The notes: generated by a model not told the origin, from the sequence alone. DNA of 24,109 nucleotides from a virus (IMGVR_UViG_3300033551_000044:1-24109), one strand, 5' to 3'; positions 7,737-15,551 are shown, counted from the stretch's first letter. Numbers and translations are program-made.

Positions 7737-10072
7737 TAGTAGTCTCCCAGAGCGCCATAGTCAGGCGACAAGCTTTCGTCACCCTTTGGCATTTGCATGC
7801 CGCGGTTTATCTGCACACCTGAGAACAGCCCCTCAGCGTCAGCGCCAACCTTCGTGCCCCGCGGGGCGTTCACGTCAACGCGGATCGTTGCGTTGCCGGT
7901 AACACTCTGTGCGCCGCCGGTCTGCCCCTTCAGCGCGCGGCGGAACTCGTACTCGCCCACGCCTTGGTTGATAACCGGGCGGCCTTGATTGCCCCCCAGC
8001 AGATTGAAGCGGCCAGTGGCCGGGTCCACGTCCTTCACGATGCCGACATGGCTGCCGGTCGCGCCGGTAGGCGCGTAGCCGCCATAGCGGCTGCGGTTGC
8101 GAACAGCCACGTCACCCGGCTGCACATCGTGAGGCTCAACGCGCGTGCCGTACTTGCGCCAGTTGGAAGCGATGCCCGCACCCTTGGGCGGCTCACCACC
8201 TGAGGCGCGCACCACTGAAGCTGCGAATTGACCGCACCACGCGCCGGACTTCGGGTAGCCCTGCGAACTCATAAACGCCTGAAGCTCGCCGGTGGTAGCC
8301 CCGCGCGATAGCAGCGCCTCAGCCTGCTTCAGCACCTCGCTGGGCACACCAGCCCCGTCGCTGGCCAGCCCGCCCACCTTGCCGGCGTTGATGTTCGCCG
8401 TGCCCTCAGCGTGAGTGATGCCGCCGAACACGCGCTTCGCCATGGCCGGGTCATTGGCTAGGTCAAGCGGCTCGTTAGGATCGACGCCCGCGCGCTTGGC
8501 AACGGTGGCGGCCCACGCCTCCTGATCGGTGGTCGTGTATTTGCGCGCCATCTGGTTGACCGATAGCCCGCTGTAGCTCTTTTGCAGCAGCGCTTGCGCC
8601 GCAGTGTCGCCCGTCTCCTGATCGGGGAAGATAGCAAATCCGCGGTCGTCAGCGCCGGTGGCACCCATGCTCTGAGCGAAGGGGCCATACTTGAGGTTGC
8701 CGCGGTTATTGTTGCGCACGCCACGCGTCAGGCCGGTTGCCGCGGCGTTGGTGCTGTAGCCGCCCGTGCTCAGCGACGTGCGCTGAGGTCCGCTATCTGA
8801 CGGCACATAGATGGCGCGCGGCCCGCCGGTGCTCACCAGACCGTCACCGCCACCACCGCCGCCAGTGTAGCTCTGAAGCCGCAGGTAGTCTAAGAAGCCC
8901 TTGCCAACCTCTTTGCCTATTTCAGGCGCGGCGTTCTTGATGCCTTGCTCAGCGCCGCGCTCAACCCCCTGCTCCATGCCGCGCGGGGTGGGCATGTCAT
9001 AGCCACCCAACGGGGCGCGCTGAGGTGACGGCGATGGCGTAGGCACCACGCGGTCACCGAACCACTTCCACACGTCACCCCACGTGGCGCTAGGGCTGCC
9101 GGGCTTTTTGCTCTGATCGTTCTGATCCTTCATTAGCCCGGTCACCAAGCCCGGCACCATCGACCAGTTCGGCATGCCGTTCTGGCCAATATCGAAGAAC
9201 CAACGAACGCGACCGCTAACCGTATCCAGCCGCTCAGTGGCGGCGGTCAGCGCTTCAATGCCGGCCACCATAGGGCCGAACGTGAGGTTGGCCATCGACA
9301 CCTTCAGGTTATCGATAGCACCGGACAGCTTGCCGACCTGAAGCGCGTACTTTGCCGCGGCCTCGGCGTCAGGCACCTTGACTTCGCCAAGCGCCTTCGT
9401 CAGTTCGCGCACCTGATCTATGGTCATGCGCGCAAACTCAGGCGAACCGAACAAGAAGGTGGCCAGCGTGGCGCGGTCGTGTGGGTCCTTCAAGCGCTGT
9501 AGCGCTTCCATAGACCGCTCAAGCGCCTTGGTAGGATCGTTGGAAAGAATGTCCTCGCGAAGGTTGCGGTAGAAGCCCAGCGCTTGGTGCTTGGCGAAGA
9601 ACTCCACCACCTCAGCGGACTGGCGCTTGATGCCGTACAGCCGCTCTGAGAACGTGCGCAGACCTTGCGTGGCCGCCTCAGGTGCTATGCCAAGCTGAGG
9701 CGCAAGGCGCTCAAACTGCCGGATCGTCTCCATGGCGAAGCCGGTTTCGCGGCTGGCAAAACGCAGGCCGAGCACGCCTTGCGAATACTCATTCAACGCG
9801 CGGCCGGCCAGCACCAGCGACCCAGCCACACCGACCACCGCCGCGCCCAACCCCAGCGTGGTGCCGGTCAGGCCGCGCATCGCGGGGCTCAGCACCCCGC
9901 CCACGTTGCCGCCTATCTGATCGATGACCGTGGATAGCTCACCGAAGTTCTTCTTCAGTTCGCGGCCGGCGGGTGAGCGCGCAATTTCCTCAAGCGAACG
10001 CTTGATGCCTTGTAGCGGGCCGGTGGCGTTATCGCGAACCCTTGCTTCAAGGTGCAGCGGTTGGCTCGCCAT
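7736..10072 (-). CDS. Tape measure protein with two C-terminal putative peptidoglycan hydrolase domains (778 aa)
   Basis: Follows tube and chaperone genes. Ala/Gly-rich helical N-terminus (RVRDNATGPL), a GVRNNNRGNL lysozyme-like motif, and a CHAP/NlpC-like WCGQF...A.NW.KYG...PGDVAV...SHVGIV...LLGGNQ domain. Confidence 0.85.
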   Translation of the reverse strand: MASQPLHLEARVRDNATGPLQGIKRSLEEIARSPAGRELKKNFGELSTVIDQIGGNVGGVLSPAMRGLTGTTLGLGAAVVGVAGSLVLAGRALNEYSQGVLGLRFASRETGFAMETIRQFERLAPQLGIAPEAATQGLRTFSERLYGIKRQSAEVVEFFAKHQALGFYRNLREDILSNDPTKALERSMEALQRLKDPHDRATLATFLFGSPEFARMTIDQVRELTKALGEVKVPDAEAAAKYALQVGKLSGAIDNLKVSMANLTFGPMVAGIEALTAATERLDTVSGRVRWFFDIGQNGMPNWSMVPGLVTGLMKDQNDQSKKPGSPSATWGDVWKWFGDRVVPTPSPSPQRAPLGGYDMPTPRGMEQGVERGAEQGIKNAAPEIGKEVGKGFLDYLRLQSYTGGGGGGDGLVSTGGPRAIYVPSDSGPQRTSLSTGGYSTNAAATGLTRGVRNNNRGNLKYGPFAQSMGATGADDRGFAIFPDQETGDTAAQALLQKSYSGLSVNQMARKYTTTDQEAWAATVAKRAGVDPNEPLDLANDPAMAKRVFGGITHAEGTANINAGKVGGLASDGAGVPSEVLKQAEALLSRGATTGELQAFMSSQGYPKSGAWCGQFAASVVRASGGEPPKGAGIASNWRKYGTRVEPHDVQPGDVAVRNRSRYGGYAPTGATGSHVGIVKDVDPATGRFNLLGGNQGRPVINQGVGEYEFRRALKGQTGGAQSVTGNATIRVDVNAPRGTKVGADAEGLFSGVQINRGMQMPKGDESLSPDYGALGDY

Positions 10073-10251
10073 TAGTCCTCATCCTCTGCTAGCGCCTTCA
10101 GCAGCACCCCGGTCATAAGGCGGTGCATGGTCACCGCCCCCACCGGCTCTCGCAGGAATTGGCCGGGGTGCACACCGTAGAACTTGGCCAGCTTGTAGCA
10201 CTCCAACAGAGGATCGGGGTTGTGCGCTACAGTTGGGCCATGTCCGGAATA
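10072..10251 (-). CDS. -1 frameshift extension of the tail assembly chaperone (gpGT-like; fused product about 167 aa)
   Basis: The -1 frame is open from the T7 run (10251-10257) to a TAA that overlaps the tape measure ATG (TAATG), giving 59 extra residues YSGHG...LAEDED. Confidence 0.75.
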   Translation of the reverse strand, partial: YSGHGPTVAHNPDPLLECYKLAKFYGVHPGQFLREPVGAVTMHRLMTGVLLKALAEDED

Positions 10252-10574
10252 AAAAAACTGGCAACACCCCACGCCACCGTATTCCAGTCTTTGGCGCTCA
10301 GCTTGTCCACCGTTGAGGTGGGCACGCTGCACAACGTGGCGATCATAGCGCGCATCTTCGGCGCGTCGAACGACACCTGAGGCGGCGTCATGTTGAAGTC
10401 GATAAGCACCGGGTTTCCGGCCCGCATAATGTCCATGCCGGTTGGCTCGCGTACCACCAACTCCTTGACCGCCTCACCGTGAGCGTCCACCGGCTTTGCC
10501 AGCTTGAACGTCAGCGGTTGCGCCTCTGCCGCTGCCGCCTCAGCAGGGGCGGCAGCCTTCGTGTTCTCGGCCAT
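10227..10574 (-). CDS. Tail assembly chaperone, Mu gp41-like (115 aa)
   Basis: L.KPV.AHGE.V.EL..REPT..D and VP.STV..L...D......VA.FF motifs. Located between tube and tape measure genes. Confidence 0.88.
   Translation of the reverse strand: MAENTKAAAPAEAAAAEAQPLTFKLAKPVDAHGEAVKELVVREPTGMDIMRAGNPVLIDFNMTPPQVSFDAPKMRAMIATLCSVPTSTVDKLSAKDWNTVAWGVASFFIPDMAQL
10251..10257 (-). promoter_or_regulatory. Programmed -1 ribosomal frameshift slippery site (T TTT TTT)
   Basis: Minus strand reads GCC AGT TTT TTT ATT, an X XXY YYZ heptamer near the end of the chaperone gene. A T7 run is conspicuous in this GC-rich DNA. Confidence 0.75.
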
Positions 10575-10612
10575 CTGTCACTCCGTAAAGTTAGGGGCGT
10601 TGCTGGCCCCGG

Positions 10613-10975
10613 CTACGAAACCTCATCGCATGACACGCCTTCGAAGCGCACGCGCACCTGACCTTCGCGCGATTGCAACTCCAACGCATCCTTGCACCAC
10701 GCCTCCCGCAGCACATACACCTTGCCGTTCGCCAGTTCGGCAGTGACGGTGGCGTTGATGACCGCGGACACGTCATCCATCGACAGGCCCGGCACCAGCG
10801 ACACGTCACCTTCGATGAAGGGCACGCGCGGCAATTCGCTGAAGCCGTGCACGTAGTCTTGGCCGGCGATGCCGGCGCGCTCGACGGCAGAGGGCGATAC
10901 GGTGAAGTTGCCCTTGAGCGGGTACTGGTTTCCGTCAACCTTCAGAAACGCAACACCTGCAATGCGCGGAGCCAT
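10613..10975 (-). CDS. Tail tube protein, Mu-like (120 aa)
   Basis: RIAG.AF.KVDG.Q..L.G, G.DYVHG.SE.P..PFIEG, T.TAELANGK.Y.L..AW and G.V...FEG motifs. RBS GAGAGG. Confidence 0.92.
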   Translation of the reverse strand: MAPRIAGVAFLKVDGNQYPLKGNFTVSPSAVERAGIAGQDYVHGFSELPRVPFIEGDVSLVPGLSMDDVSAVINATVTAELANGKVYVLREAWCKDALELQSREGQVRVRFEGVSCDEVS

Positions 10976-11007
10976 GCTGACCTCTCCCGGGTTTCGCCCG
11001 GGCCGGG

Positions 11008-11652
11008 TCAGGCCGGGGCTAAGATCAAGTTGCGACGGTCAACGGCGCGCGCCGCGACCTTGTACGATGGGAGCATGTCTATCACGGCAGCTTCCGCGCT
11101 GTCATCCAGCACTTCCACAAAGAGCACCGGGCGGTCGCGAGCCAGAAGCTTGCTAGCGCCGGCCAGCACCGCCAACTCATGGCGCTCAACGTCTATCTTG
11201 ATCGCGCTAACCGGGTGGCTCACCAGCAGGCAATCCAGAGCCACCGTTTTCACGGTGATTTTGTTCGGCCCGCTCTTGCGCTTCAGGCTGGCACCGGCGG
11301 TGAACGGGGTGTTGGTGTAGCAAAGCTGTGCCTTCCCACAGGTGGCGTCAGCAGCGCCGCAGATTAACCTTAACCCAACGCCGTTGGCCTTGGCGTTCAC
11401 CTCAATGCGCTCTTGCATCAACGGCAAGGGCTCCACTACCAGCACCTCGGCCGCGCCGGCTTTGGCCGCGGCAATACCGAACAACCCACTGTAGCCGCCA
11501 ACGTCGATGACCGCGCTGCCGGGGCGGCACGCCTCAACCCAGCGGGCCAGCGTGTCAGGCTCGAACGGGGTGCCGGTGGTGGTGATGTGGCGAACAATGC
11601 GGTCGCCTTCATCCACCAGTTCTACTGCCACGCTGCCAATCTCGATCTTCAT
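11008..11652 (-). CDS. FkbM-family SAM-dependent methyltransferase (214 aa)
   Basis: SAM-binding motif VIDVGGYSG, plus VVEP, V.TVALD, IKIDVE.HE..VL.GA and RP.LFVE. ATG at 11652 via ATGA overlap, with GGAG RBS. Confidence 0.88.
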   Translation of the reverse strand: MKIEIGSVAVELVDEGDRIVRHITTTGTPFEPDTLARWVEACRPGSAVIDVGGYSGLFGIAAAKAGAAEVLVVEPLPLMQERIEVNAKANGVGLRLICGAADATCGKAQLCYTNTPFTAGASLKRKSGPNKITVKTVALDCLLVSHPVSAIKIDVERHELAVLAGASKLLARDRPVLFVEVLDDSAEAAVIDMLPSYKVAARAVDRRNLILAPA

Positions 11653-12308
11653 TGCCACTGCTCCCTGACCCATGCCACGCCGCAGTTGTGCGGCTTATGG
11701 CTGCCGGCGAATATCACCAGCGATGCCGATGCCGGCCGCACGCTGGTGAGGTGACGGTATCCCAGAAAGAACCCCGGCGGCATAAGCCGCTGTAGGATCG
11801 CGGCGTCAGGCACACATTCTTCAATGACGCGCTGATCGCCATACCGACCGTGCTTTGCCATCCACACGCTATCGCACACCAGCACCGCCGCACGGTTAAA
11901 GGCGTCATCCCCGAAGCTTGGGTTAAGCACCATGACGCAAGAGCCATAACGGCACGGCCAGTTGAGGTTGCCGGCGGCGCGCGTGAAGTTCTCACAGATG
12001 GCGAAGTCAGCGCCTACATTTTGCAGCGGCGTCAGGTCACCGACCACCGCAGTGTCTAAGTCGATATAAACGATCCGGCGCGTCTGCCGCCACGTGTATT
12101 GCAGCAGTGCCAGCTTAGCCCACCAGCCCAGCAGGCCGCCCGGCACGGGGTGCATCTTCACGCCCTCAATCTGATCGGGCTGATCGGTGAAGCACGCAAT
12201 ATCGAATGAGCCCGGCGCGGCGTGCCGCCGTATGCCGTTGCGCAAGCGCTCAACGTACTCAGGCCCGTAACGGGTGCCTGAGCGCACGCATGCGAAGGTC
12301 ACCTTCAT
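11649..12308 (-). CDS. GT-A fold glycosyltransferase, GT8-like (219 aa)
   Basis: CV.SG..Y...YV..L...I.RH, CFTD, GWW.KL, YIDLD (DxD), S.VM, GDQ and F.G..KP motifs. ATG at 12308 via ATGA overlap. Confidence 0.8.
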   Translation of the reverse strand: MKVTFACVRSGTRYGPEYVERLRNGIRRHAAPGSFDIACFTDQPDQIEGVKMHPVPGGLLGWWAKLALLQYTWRQTRRIVYIDLDTAVVGDLTPLQNVGADFAICENFTRAAGNLNWPCRYGSCVMVLNPSFGDDAFNRAAVLVCDSVWMAKHGRYGDQRVIEECVPDAAILQRLMPPGFFLGYRHLTSVRPASASLVIFAGSHKPHNCGVAWVREQWQ

Positions 12309-13048
12309 ACCGCACCAGCCCACACATCGCGCGCCGCGCGCCACTCGTTGGCGTAGGCTACGTTTTCAAAGCCCGGCAGCCACGGCCCGCCATCGGTAAA
12401 GTGAACGATCGCCGGATTGACGGTCGCCGGCGAGTGACCCACCAGCCAATTCCACTCCACCCCCAGCGCGCCTATAAGGCCGTCAGTGGGGGCGAGCCAA
12501 TCAAACTGGTGCAGCGCTAGGCCGCGCCACGTGTTCACCACCTCAACAGTGAGCCCACCGCGCACGCCCGGGTGCTCGCAGTTAAAGACCATCATGCTTG
12601 ACCAGTTCTTGCGCGCGTAGCCCGTCTGCGGCTGCCCATCCATCTTTTGATCGCTGGTAGGGCGGTGGTCATGCTTCACGCACCATACGGCAATATCGCG
12701 GTGCTCTGCCGCTTGCTCGAACAGCGGCCGCACGTCACGGCGCACCAGCATATCCGCATCAAGGAAGGCGGCGATGCCGTGGTAGCGCGTCAGCGCCGGC
12801 ACCAGAAAGCGCGTCAGCGCAAACTCGGTGGCCATGGGCTTGCCGGATATTTCATCCATCAAGATGCCGGCAGCAGTGCGGTGAGTTGGCCGCGTGTAGA
12901 GCCCAGCGGTCACCAGCCGGTCCATCCTCAGCGCGTGCACCTGTAGGCTACCCCACCGGGCATGCCTCAACAGGGTGTGGCGCGCTACCGCGAACGCCTC
13001 AACCTCGCGCGGGTCATACCCGATAAAAACGTGCCACGGCCTCAGCAT
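12305..13048 (-). CDS. GT-A fold glycosyltransferase, CDI-like nucleotide-diphospho-sugar transferase (247 aa)
   Basis: VFIGYDPRE, TEF..TRFL.P, FLDADML (DxD), CVKHD..P....KMDG..QT.Y.RKNWSS, LH.F.WL, WN.LVG and HFT.GGPW motifs. ATG at 13048 with AAGGCGG upstream. Confidence 0.85.
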   Translation of the reverse strand: MLRPWHVFIGYDPREVEAFAVARHTLLRHARWGSLQVHALRMDRLVTAGLYTRPTHRTAAGILMDEISGKPMATEFALTRFLVPALTRYHGIAAFLDADMLVRRDVRPLFEQAAEHRDIAVWCVKHDHRPTSDQKMDGQPQTGYARKNWSSMMVFNCEHPGVRGGLTVEVVNTWRGLALHQFDWLAPTDGLIGALGVEWNWLVGHSPATVNPAIVHFTDGGPWLPGFENVAYANEWRAARDVWAGAV

Positions 13049-13661
13049 AGGTATCCGCCTTCTCGAAACAGTTGATCGCACTTTCGGGAAACGCATTGAC
13101 CACGCGCACGCCGGCAGCCTTCAGCCGCGGCGCGATGACGTTGAACGCCGCCGCCCACGTGGCCCAATTTCCGTTGCTGTGCTTGCGGGGGCGAATGTAG
13201 TGCTGCTCGTTGTGGTGCACCGGGCCGTCCTTTTCCTCACCGCGGTAGTCGAAGCCCAGCAGTATGACGCCGCGCGGTGGACCCAGCGCGTACACCATGC
13301 CCAGCGAGCCGAACCCCGAAGATCCTCCGCTATACACCTCGCCCGGTGAGCGGGACAGCCCGACGCCCGGGTGGCGCTTCACAAAGCGAACGCACGCCGG
13401 CTTCTGGGCAATCATCGTGGCCGCGCCGGGCTCAGGCACCGCCCAATATACCGGCATGGTTACCTCGGCCGCGAGGCGCTCGCGCCATTCTTCATAGCGC
13501 GGCGTGTCCAGCCCGAAGCCGCACGCCGCCCACGGCAGATCGAATATGCTGCCCTTGACCGCCATCACGCGCACGTCATCGCGGCGCATCTGGTCGAAGT
13601 CGAAGCCGGCCAACGAACGGCCGCCAGCAACGATGACAGCAATCTTATCTTGAAAGATCAT
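13014..13661 (-). CDS. Sialyltransferase-fold protein (CstII/GT42-, Maf/DUF115-like), putative sugar transferase (215 aa)
   Basis: N-terminal IVAGGRSL (cf. IAGNGPSL), SSG...L....ALG...VILLGFDY (cf. TSG......ALGYKEIYL.GIDF), a downstream His-rich loop and a V.VVN......I..FEK C-terminus. ATG at 13661 with GGGAG 6 nt upstream. Confidence 0.7.
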   Translation of the reverse strand: MIFQDKIAVIVAGGRSLAGFDFDQMRRDDVRVMAVKGSIFDLPWAACGFGLDTPRYEEWRERLAAEVTMPVYWAVPEPGAATMIAQKPACVRFVKRHPGVGLSRSPGEVYSGGSSGFGSLGMVYALGPPRGVILLGFDYRGEEKDGPVHHNEQHYIRPRKHSNGNWATWAAAFNVIAPRLKAAGVRVVNAFPESAINCFEKADTYAEAVARFYRV

Positions 13662-13675
13662 GGTGCGCTCCCGGC

Positions 13676-13711
13676 AAGAGAAAAGCCCGGCAGCACTCTG
13701 GCTGCCGGGCT
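13676..13711 (-). terminator. Rho-independent terminator between sheath gene and enzyme cassette
   Basis: Perfect 11-bp inverted repeat AGCCCGGCAGC (13684-13694) / GCTGCCGGGCT (13701-13711) with a 6-nt loop, running into TTTTCTCTT on the minus strand. Confidence 0.75.
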
Positions 13712-13759
13712 CCGTCGTGTCAATCCATGCTGACACGGCTTCAATAGGGGCTAGGCCCC

Positions 13760-15292
13760 TCACAGAATGCTGGTGTCCACGCCGCGGTTATACTGAAGGC
13801 GGAATTGGCCCAGCACCGCGAAGATACGCAGTTGGTTCACAAGGTCAGGCGGGTACAGCACCGACACGCGGTTCGGGTTATTGCTGTCACGCTCCACGAT
13901 CAAGTTATCCTTGAACGCGGCGGCGTTCTCCACCAGCCCGTTGAACTCCGCGATACGATACTGAGCAATCAGTTCGGCCTTGATGATCTTGGGCGTCACG
14001 ATTGCCTGACCCGGGCCGAAGCGCGTGCCGTCATCGGCCAGCTTGTGGCGCGGCCACTTGCTGGTGACCGCGTGCTGCAGGTCGCGGAAAAGACGCGCGA
14101 GGGTGGCCAGCGTGGTCACCAGTTCGTAAGCGTCATCGCCCTGACCGTAGCTGTTGAGTTGGTACGTGGTGCTCTCACGCAGCAGCGCCACGTTGCCGTT
14201 CGGGTTGACGTTCGCCGTGGCCAGCCCGTTGCCGGCGAGGTTGTTCAACTCCGTTTTGCTGAAGCGCTGGTGCTTCGGTGCCGGCTTCAGGCTCAGCAGT
14301 TCGAGCGTCTGAAGCGGGCGGGCCGGGTCATTGAGCAACGCGCGCGCCGCCTTCGCGGTGTACGCCGCTGACCACTCCCACTTCGGTGACGGCGCTGCCG
14401 TCTCCATGGCAATCACGCTCAGCAGACCGCTGTTCTGGGTTGCGCCCCAGACCAGCAGGTTCGCATACGTGTCGCGGTAGGCCGAGAACAGGTGGCCGTA
14501 GGTCTGGCGCATCCAGCCCCAGCGGCCGGTATCGCTGAAGCCGTATTCGGTGTTCCAGTCCGACAGCGACGTGGTGTCGGTGAACGGCATGGCCACGAAC
14601 TCGTATGGCTCATCGCCAAGGTTGGCGATTGCCGCCGCAAAGTCCGGTGCCGCCGTGCCGCCGGTGAGGAAGTTGCTGCCGCTGTACGCCAGCGCAATGC
14701 CGGCCGGCATACGCTCGCCGCCGTTCACGCCGAGGTAATTGTCCTGCATGCGGATATCGTTGCCGCTCTCACCCTTCCACTTGCAGGTCAGTGTGACCAC
14801 CGCACCATCGGACGCCGCCGAAGCGGTCACCGGGAGCGTGGCCAGATCGTTGATGGCCGCCACCAGCGCTTGCGCCACCTCAACCGCGGTGTCATCCACG
14901 GCCACCGCCAACTCAACGCGCTGGCCGGCGATGTAGACGTACAGCGTGCCCGCCCCGGTCGCGGGGCCGGTCACAGTGATGGTGCCGCTCGCGGTCACGC
15001 CAGCGCCGGGCTCGGCCACGGGCAGGCCATAGACTTCGTGGGCGAAGTTGTTCGCAAAGAACGCGGTGAACATGCGCGCCAGCATCGAGCCTTCACCGAA
15101 CGCGTCGTCGGCCTGAGCCTGAGACGAGATTGCGATAGGCACGTCCACCGGCGCGCTGCCGGCTGCCAGCTTCACACCCACCAGCAGCGCCGGCAGGTTA
15201 GCCACGGGGAAGCCGGCCTTGCTGGGATCGACCTCAACCCATACGAGGGGCAAGCGCCAGTTCGCCGGGAAGTTTGAAAACGAGATAGGCAT
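13760..15292 (-). CDS. Contractile tail sheath protein, Mu gpL-like (510 aa)
   Basis: ISFS..P.N.R.PL...E.D.S.A, FG.GSMLARM, LT.KWKG..GNDI, DPARPLQTL.L, TTYQ.N.YG..D..Y, R.KLADDGTRFG.GQ.IVTP and PPDLVNQLR.FA motifs. Confidence 0.96.
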   Translation of the reverse strand: MPISFSNFPANWRLPLVWVEVDPSKAGFPVANLPALLVGVKLAAGSAPVDVPIAISSQAQADDAFGEGSMLARMFTAFFANNFAHEVYGLPVAEPGAGVTASGTITVTGPATGAGTLYVYIAGQRVELAVAVDDTAVEVAQALVAAINDLATLPVTASAASDGAVVTLTCKWKGESGNDIRMQDNYLGVNGGERMPAGIALAYSGSNFLTGGTAAPDFAAAIANLGDEPYEFVAMPFTDTTSLSDWNTEYGFSDTGRWGWMRQTYGHLFSAYRDTYANLLVWGATQNSGLLSVIAMETAAPSPKWEWSAAYTAKAARALLNDPARPLQTLELLSLKPAPKHQRFSKTELNNLAGNGLATANVNPNGNVALLRESTTYQLNSYGQGDDAYELVTTLATLARLFRDLQHAVTSKWPRHKLADDGTRFGPGQAIVTPKIIKAELIAQYRIAEFNGLVENAAAFKDNLIVERDSNNPNRVSVLYPPDLVNQLRIFAVLGQFRLQYNRGVDTSIL

Positions 15293-15315
15293 TGCTATCG
15301 CCCTCCTTCAGGGTT

Positions 15316-15549
15316 TCAGGCCAGCCGCGAACGGCTGCGACGAATACGCTTCTGAGGTGCCGACCCGGGCACTTCTCGCACCGGCTTCGCAGCCGGGTTT
15401 ATGTCCGTAATAGCGCCATCTTGCAAGCGGCGCATCGTAAATTGATCGCGTGGCCACAGCCCACCCTTGACGGGATCAGCCCGGCCGGCCGCCGGGTGCT
15501 TCAGGAGCTCAGCCGCCGGCACCGCCGGCCAGACCCTCAACGTCACCAT
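15316..15549 (-). CDS. Small basic hypothetical protein preceding sheath (Mu gp38/DUF2635-like position)
   Basis: L.HP.......G..WP.DQFT.RRL.DG.I motif, seen in small genes upstream of Mu-like sheath genes. Tightly packed in the operon. Confidence 0.7.
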   Translation of the reverse strand: MVTLRVWPAVPAAELLKHPAAGRADPVKGGLWPRDQFTMRRLQDGAITDINPAAKPVREVPGSAPQKRIRRSRSRLA

Positions 15550-15551
15550 GT

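Noticed and set aside
10079-10332. Track ORFs 10072..10332 and 10079..10267 as independent genes
   Set aside because: No credible RBS or start. The former is better explained as the -1 frameshift extension of the chaperone.
11008-13661. Cassette as a classical serotype-conversion (gtrABC/oac-type) moron
   Set aside because: No membrane flippase, bactoprenol transferase or acyltransferase features, and it is co-oriented and embedded in the late operon with no evident own promoter. Disfavoured but not excluded.
13662-13763. Longer GTG start (13763) for the first cassette gene, coupled to the sheath stop
   Set aside because: The extension would run through the terminator hairpin and precedes the fold's first strand. 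ATG 13661 has a well-spaced GGGAG. Leaky use cannot be fully excluded.
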